Source: Christensenellaceae bacterium (lineage in GTDB: Bacteria; Bacillota; Clostridia; Christensenellales; CAG-138). Taken from it: a stretch of DNA of 64,000 nt. Where the stretch lies: the NCBI GenBank assembly GCA_031261085.1, contig JAISKB010000022.1, positions 18,310 to 82,309 of the forward strand, written 5' to 3'. Below the pieces are notes generated by a model. The model had not been told where the DNA came from. It ran no database searches and saw only the letters and a program-made list of their open reading frames with translations. Both the position numbers and the translations under genes were made by a program. Shown piece by piece: positions 59,075-64,000 of the stretch. Every line of letters starts with the position of its first letter. Within the stretch, counting starts at the first letter, position 1.

Positions 59075-60253
59075 ATGGTACCATTTACCTATCAAAAGCC
59101 GACGAAAATCATATATGGCCCGGGACAGGTTGCCGAAATTGGGAACATCAGCGCGGGGTACGGTAAAACCGCCCTGTTCATCAAGGGTTCCCGCTCTATG
59201 GAGCGCAATGGCGTAATCGGCGCATCCATAGAGGCGCTAAAGGCCGCCGGTTTGCGCGTGCACACGATTGAGGGCTGGGAGCCAAACCCCAAGCTGACGG
59301 CGGTGGACGCGGCCATTGCGCTCGCCCGAAAAGAAGATGTGGATTTGATCCTCGCGTTTGGAGGCGGTTCCGCCATTGACCTTGCGAAAGCGATTTCCAT
59401 CGGCGTACCCTATCATGGGGATGTTTGGGGTTTTTTTAGCGGTACATGCGCGCCGAAGGCCGCACTGCCCGTCGGCGTAGTCACCACCATAGCCGGGGCG
59501 GGTTCCGAGGCGGGCGCCGCCTGTGTTATCACCTGCGACCGCCCCGGTTTTGCACGCGCAAAATGGAACGTATTTTCCCCATTGCTCGCGCCCAAATTCG
59601 CCATATTGGATGCGCAGCTGCATGTAAGCGTGCCCCCTCGCCTAACCGCCGCCGGCATGATAGATATGTTTGCCCACGCTTGTGAAGCCTACTTTCTCGA
59701 TACCAGCGAGCCCGCGCTGCAGGATGGCACCGTAGAGCTGATTGCGCGCACGATTATCGCCTGCGAGCCGGTGCTAAAGCACCCGGAGGACTTGGCGCTC
59801 CGCGGTATGCTGGCTTGGATGTCCGCGCTCTCCATCGATACGCTGGGCAACGCCGGCCGCTCCATCAAAATGGGGGCCCGGTGGCCGGGGCATACGATAC
59901 AGGCCGGCATTGGCGCCATTACGGATACCCGTCACGGAGATGGGCTTGCCGTGCTGCTGCCCGCGTGCTGCCTGGAGTTGAACAAGAGGAATCCTGCGCG
60001 CACCAAAAAATTTGCACAAAATGTATTTGGCATTGTACCACAAGCCGGCATGAGCGACCAGGATATTGGTGAAGCGGGCTGCATCGCCATGCGAGATACC
60101 TTCCGCCGCTGGGGGCTCCCCACCACCTTTGCCGAAATGGGTATCGATCCAAACACCCTGGAAGTGGTTGTTAAAAACCTGAAGCAATATCCGAATCCGG
60201 GCACCATTACCGAGGAATATGTCCGCCGGATTTTTAGCCTTTGCGCAAAATAA
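59075..60253 (+). CDS. Iron-containing alcohol dehydrogenase (paralog of 54779-55957)
   Basis: GGGSAIDLAK, AKWNVFSP, DMFAH, HTIQ...HGDG. Confidence 0.88.
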   Translation: MVPFTYQKPTKIIYGPGQVAEIGNISAGYGKTALFIKGSRSMERNGVIGASIEALKAAGLRVHTIEGWEPNPKLTAVDAAIALARKEDVDLILAFGGGSAIDLAKAISIGVPYHGDVWGFFSGTCAPKAALPVGVVTTIAGAGSEAGAACVITCDRPGFARAKWNVFSPLLAPKFAILDAQLHVSVPPRLTAAGMIDMFAHACEAYFLDTSEPALQDGTVELIARTIIACEPVLKHPEDLALRGMLAWMSALSIDTLGNAGRSIKMGARWPGHTIQAGIGAITDTRHGDGLAVLLPACCLELNKRNPARTKKFAQNVFGIVPQAGMSDQDIGEAGCIAMRDTFRRWGLPTTFAEMGIDPNTLEVVVKNLKQYPNPGTITEEYVRRIFSLCAK

Positions 60254-60327
60254 ATATGGATTGATTGCGGCTTTGCCGCAGCCCTGTTCTTTGCTTTCAA
60301 AATTATGGCAGTATGAAGTCGCGCCCC

Positions 60328-61200
60328 TCACGCAAGCGGCAGCCGGCGCGGGCCGGCAAGCGCACTGCGGCTGATGTAGAGCGCGCCATCCATATGGGCC
60401 TTAACGCTCCATTTCACCAGCGTGATAGTCCCCTGTTCTATCTCGAGCGCCGTGATGCAGCGCGGGTGCACCATACAGCCATCGTTAAAATAGGGCGGCT
60501 CACCCTCTTCCGCAAACATGGGCCTGTGCGTATGCCCAGCAATCAGCGCCGTCCTTTTTTTGGAGGCCCAATCGCCGAGCGCCCATTCGATTTTCAGCTT
60601 TTTTTCGTGGCTGCCCTGCGCGTTCCCGGGGTCGCGTATTCCAATCAGCTCCAAAGGCCGCCAAAGATAGCGCACCAAAAACCGGGCGACCCGCCAAAGC
60701 TCGTCGTTTAAAAAATCCGCCTGGTGCCCGTGCAGCAAAAGCATATCCCGCCCCTTGTAGGTGAGCACCAGCCCCTCGTGCATAGGCACATTGGGGAACA
60801 GCGGCAAGCGCTTGTTTTTGCGCATAAACGCCGCCATATTGGCATCCACCCATCTTTTGCCGCGCTTGACCATGTCGTGGTTGCCATAGAGCAAATATAA
60901 GCGGGAGGCCACATAAAACCGCCGCAGCAGCTCAAACGTATTGCCATGCGCCCCGGTGATGCTGGCAAAGCGCCGATTCGCCCAAAGCTCATCGCCATCG
61001 CCCAGCTCGATATAGGTAAACCCTTCCCGATAATAGTGCGACAACGCGTGGTAGGCAATATTTTGGTTTTTACAGTATCCATCCGCGCCGCTGCCATCGC
61101 CGCGGTGGCAATCGCTCATGATGATGATCCTGCTGGCGTCATCCAGCGCAATTCGCTTTGCCGATTTATACACCCTATCCAGCTTTTTCGATATCGACAT
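60328..61200 (-). CDS. Calcineurin-like metallophosphoesterase
   Basis: SDCH, GDGD, GNHD, HGH, GHTH. Confidence 0.85.
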   Translation of the reverse strand: MSISKKLDRVYKSAKRIALDDASRIIIMSDCHRGDGSGADGYCKNQNIAYHALSHYYREGFTYIELGDGDELWANRRFASITGAHGNTFELLRRFYVASRLYLLYGNHDMVKRGKRWVDANMAAFMRKNKRLPLFPNVPMHEGLVLTYKGRDMLLLHGHQADFLNDELWRVARFLVRYLWRPLELIGIRDPGNAQGSHEKKLKIEWALGDWASKKRTALIAGHTHRPMFAEEGEPPYFNDGCMVHPRCITALEIEQGTITLVKWSVKAHMDGALYISRSALAGPRRLPLA

Positions 61201-61335
61201 ACGCCCGCCCGCTCCTTTACCCGCCGTTATTACCCATGGTATTCGGCGCACTAAAGAAGGGTGCTGTTTTTTGCGCTCCCATAAAAAGCGCGGCGCAACA
61301 GCCTAAAGGCTAAGCTTGGACAAAGGCGAAGGGCA

Positions 61336-61833
61336 TCATATAAATTGCCGCAGCAGGCGCTCGAAGGTTTTTACATGCGATTCCTCATCGCGGAGTACGC
61401 GCTCCAACGCTTGCACAATATGCGGGTCGGCAATCGTTTTTGCCTGATGCTCGTATTTGCGGATGGCATCCCGCTCTTCCTTAAGCGCGTTGCGCAGCAC
61501 CGTGTCTACCCGGCGCGGGTAATGGATGTAGCCTGGCGACCAATACCGCATCAGCCCGCGCTGCCTTTCCCAAAGGCGCGGGTCGGCGCCCAGCAGGCGG
61601 GTGAGCGTGGCGAATATTTCAAGATGGTGCATTTCAGCAATGCTGATCGTATGGAACGCCCTGGCAACATCCGCATGCTCGGCGGTGACGATGTGGCTGT
61701 AAAAATATGACGCCACCGCCGACATCTCCGAATTTTTCCCGCCCACGTTGCCCAGCATGGCATACGCGTATTCCGGGTTTTTTCCGCTGATTTGAAGCAG
61801 TGGATAAGGCTCCTCCATGTGGTGTTCCGGCAT
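61336..61833 (-). CDS. Ferritin-like protein (Mn-catalase/CotJC-like)
   Basis: SEMSAVASY, EMHH, EERDA, DEESH dimetal motifs. Confidence 0.75.
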   Translation of the reverse strand: MPEHHMEEPYPLLQISGKNPEYAYAMLGNVGGKNSEMSAVASYFYSHIVTAEHADVARAFHTISIAEMHHLEIFATLTRLLGADPRLWERQRGLMRYWSPGYIHYPRRVDTVLRNALKEERDAIRKYEHQAKTIADPHIVQALERVLRDEESHVKTFERLLRQFI

Positions 61834-62036
61834 ATGATCACCCCTTGTCTGTTTTATCTATTGTTTCCAGTATATTGCGCGCCTGCCTATAAAATGCCTT
61901 GTTTCCGGCAGGGGCAAGCGACGGGCGCTCTTGATTTTAAGCGGATTGCCTTATGGAGTTCCATCCTGCCAATCATTTTGGATTAAAAGATGGTTCGGGG
62001 CTTTGCTCCCAATTGCGGCGCGGGCGCAAAAAAATG

Positions 62037-62068
62037 CCCCCTCCGGTGGGAGGGGGTTAGGGGGTGGG
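62037..62068. repeat. REP-like hairpin copy downstream of prfB
   Basis: CCCCCTCC-GGTG-GGAGGGGG-TTAGGGGGTGGG. Confidence 0.65.
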
Positions 62069-62083
62069 CACATTCCCACCAGC

Positions 62084-63185
62084 TTACGACTGCACCAAAA
62101 ACGCCTGAATGAAGGAATCCAGCTCCCCGTCCATCACGGCCTGAATGTTGCCGTTTTCGACGTTGGTACGGTGATCCTTCACCAATGTATAGGGCTGAAA
62201 CACATAGCTGCGGATTTGGCTCCCCCACTCGATATGCTTCATTTCGCCCTTGATTTGCGCCATCTGTTCCAGGCGTTCCCGCTCGCGCAGCTCGGCCAGC
62301 TTGCCCTTTAGCATGCGCAGCGCCACATCCCGGTTTTGGAACTGACTGCGCTCGTTTTGGCACTGCACCACCGTGCCGGTAGGCAGGTGCGTCATGCGGA
62401 TGGCCGAGCTGGTTTTGTTAACATGCTGCCCGCCCGCGCCGCTGGCGCGATAGGTATCCACCCGCACCTCATCCATATTGATTTCGATATTGCCATCCTC
62501 TTCATCGAATATGGGGGTGACATCCAGCGAAGCAAAGGAGGTGTGCCGCCGGCCGGAAGCATCGAACGGGGAGATGCGCACCAGGCGGTGCACCCCCTTT
62601 TCGGCTTTTAAGTAGCCATAGGCGCTTTCGCCCAGCACCTCGAAGGTAACGCTTTTGATGCCCGCTTCCTCCCCATCGAGGAAATCCAGCTCGTGCACGG
62701 TATAGCCCCGCTTTTCGCAATATCGGCCATACATGCGGTAGAGCAGGCTCACCCAATCCTGCGCCTCGGTGCCGCCCGCGCCCGCGTGCAGCGAAAGCAC
62801 GGCGTTGCAGCTATCATAAGGCCCCTTCAACAGGGTGCTCAGGCGGAGCGTTTCCACATCCTTCTCGAGCTGGGCATACTCCGATGCGATTTCGCCCAGC
62901 AGGTTTTCATCCTCTTCCTCCTCGGCCATCTCCATCAGCGTGCGCACATCCTCCAGCGCGCCGAGCAGCTTTTTATAACCCTCCAGCTTGCCGGTCACGG
63001 CCTTCATGCGCTGGTTGACCTTGTTGCCGGCTTCCACATCGTTCCAGAAGCCTTCCTGATTCATCAGCGCCTCAAGCTCTTCTTTTTCGGCCCTTAAACC
63101 AGCCAGGTCAAAGGGATTCACCTGCCTCTTTCAGCACTTGGGCGGTGGTTTCGAGCTTAAGCCGGTATTCATCCAACTGTACCAA
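62084..63185 (-). CDS. prfB: Peptide chain release factor 2, with +1 programmed frameshift at CTT-TGA-C (63113-63107)
   Basis: Frame 0 from TTG 63185: MVQLDEYRLKLETTAQVLKEAGESL-TGA; +1 frame continues DLAGLR...; SPF and GGQ motifs. Confidence 0.95.
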
Positions 63186-63255
63186 ATGATCACTTCCTCT
63201 TTATGAATGTATTTTGGGGATATATTTTTATGCACCCGTATGCGAAGGGGCAATT

Positions 63256-64000
63256 TTACGCATCCTTGCCGCAGCACTGCTTATATTTTTTGCCGCTGCC
63301 GCAGGGGCAGGGCGCGTTGCGGCTGATTTTATCGCCCACGCGCTTGGGCTGCCTGGGGCTATCCCCCGCGGTTTCGATGGGTTTGGCCAGCTGCTCGCGC
63401 TGCGGCGCGCCGCTCGTGAGCACCACATGGTACAGGCTGCGCACCGTCATCTCGCGGATGCCCTGCACCATTTCATCGAACATATCGAACCCGGCGTTGC
63501 GGTAGGCTACCACAGGGTCCTTTTGGCCGATGGCCTGCAGGCCTATGCCCTGGCGCAGCTGATCCATCGCGTCGATATGATCCATCCAGTGCGCGTCCAC
63601 CGCGCGCAGCAGCATGCTGCGCTCAATTTCCCGCATATCCACATCCGCGCCAATCTTTGCCGCCGCGCCCAGTATATCCGCCTCTCTGGCGGCATAGGTC
63701 GCCTCGGCCAGCGCCTGCACGGCCCGCTCTATCTCCGCGGCGGTTGCGGCGCCTTGCACGGCGGGCAGGCAGTCCGCGCCGGTCAGCTGTCCCATCTCGC
63801 TGCGCAGCCCCGCAATGTCCCACTCCTCCGCATTCAGCGAGGCGGGGCAATACTGCGCGCAGCGCAGCGCAACGCTCTCTTGAATCATCTGACCGATGTT
63901 CTCGTGTATATCCTCCCCCATGAGCACCTTGCGGCGCTGGCCATAGATAATTTCACGCTGGCGGTTCATCACGTCGTCGTATTGCAGCACGTTTTTGCGG
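63256..64000 (-). CDS. secA: Preprotein translocase SecA, 3' part
   Basis: YDDVMNRQR, WMDHIDAMDQLRQGI, SEC-C CPCGSGKKYKQCC. Confidence 0.96.
   Translation of the reverse strand, partial: RKNVLQYDDVMNRQREIIYGQRRKVLMGEDIHENIGQMIQESVALRCAQYCPASLNAEEWDIAGLRSEMGQLTGADCLPAVQGAATAAEIERAVQALAEATYAAREADILGAAAKIGADVDMREIERSMLLRAVDAHWMDHIDAMDQLRQGIGLQAIGQKDPVVAYRNAGFDMFDEMVQGIREMTVRSLYHVVLTSGAPQREQLAKPIETAGDSPRQPKRVGDKISRNAPCPCGSGKKYKQCCGKDA

Noticed and set aside
62084-63185. prfB as a frameshifted pseudogene
   Set aside because: The break is the canonical programmed +1 frameshift

Overview
Chromosomal window from a fairly GC-rich Clostridia-type (Bacillota) anaerobe; the taxonomy is inferred from gene content and order. 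It has four blocks. (1) 1-16.9 kb: an anaerobic nucleobase-catabolism locus with a BMP-type ABC importer, an iron-sulfur flavoprotein, a YgeY-like M20 hydrolase, a YgeW-like carbamoyltransferase, an SsnA-like amidohydrolase, a three-subunit xanthine-dehydrogenase-family molybdoenzyme plus the start of a second one, an atypical DHODH/PreA-like flavoprotein, GntR and deoD. It resembles the known gut uric-acid/purine cluster, but several enzymes have non-canonical active sites. (2) 16.9-23 kb: rmuC, an ECF S component, truA and the ecfAAT module. (3) 23-38.9 kb: the complete S10-spc-alpha ribosomal superoperon, with an S10-type leader and two further structured intergenic RNA candidates (before rpsM and before rplF). 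(4) 39.2-60.3 kb: an about 21 kb accessory catabolic island, probably CdaR/PucR-regulated. It combines an ABC importer with two paralogous non-canonical BMP binding proteins, a metallo-lactonase, an SDR, three Fe-alcohol dehydrogenases, a class III CoA-transferase, three crotonase-family enzymes, Hbd, thiolase, a BMC-free PduL and a variant acetate kinase. This is the best candidate for an undescribed pathway, possibly lactone/hydroxy-acid fermentation. The window ends with a metallophosphoesterase, a ferritin-like protein, prfB (+1 programmed frameshift) and the 3' part of secA. No tRNA, rRNA, CRISPR array, integrase or transposase was seen. All calls come from reading the sequence; no database search was run.
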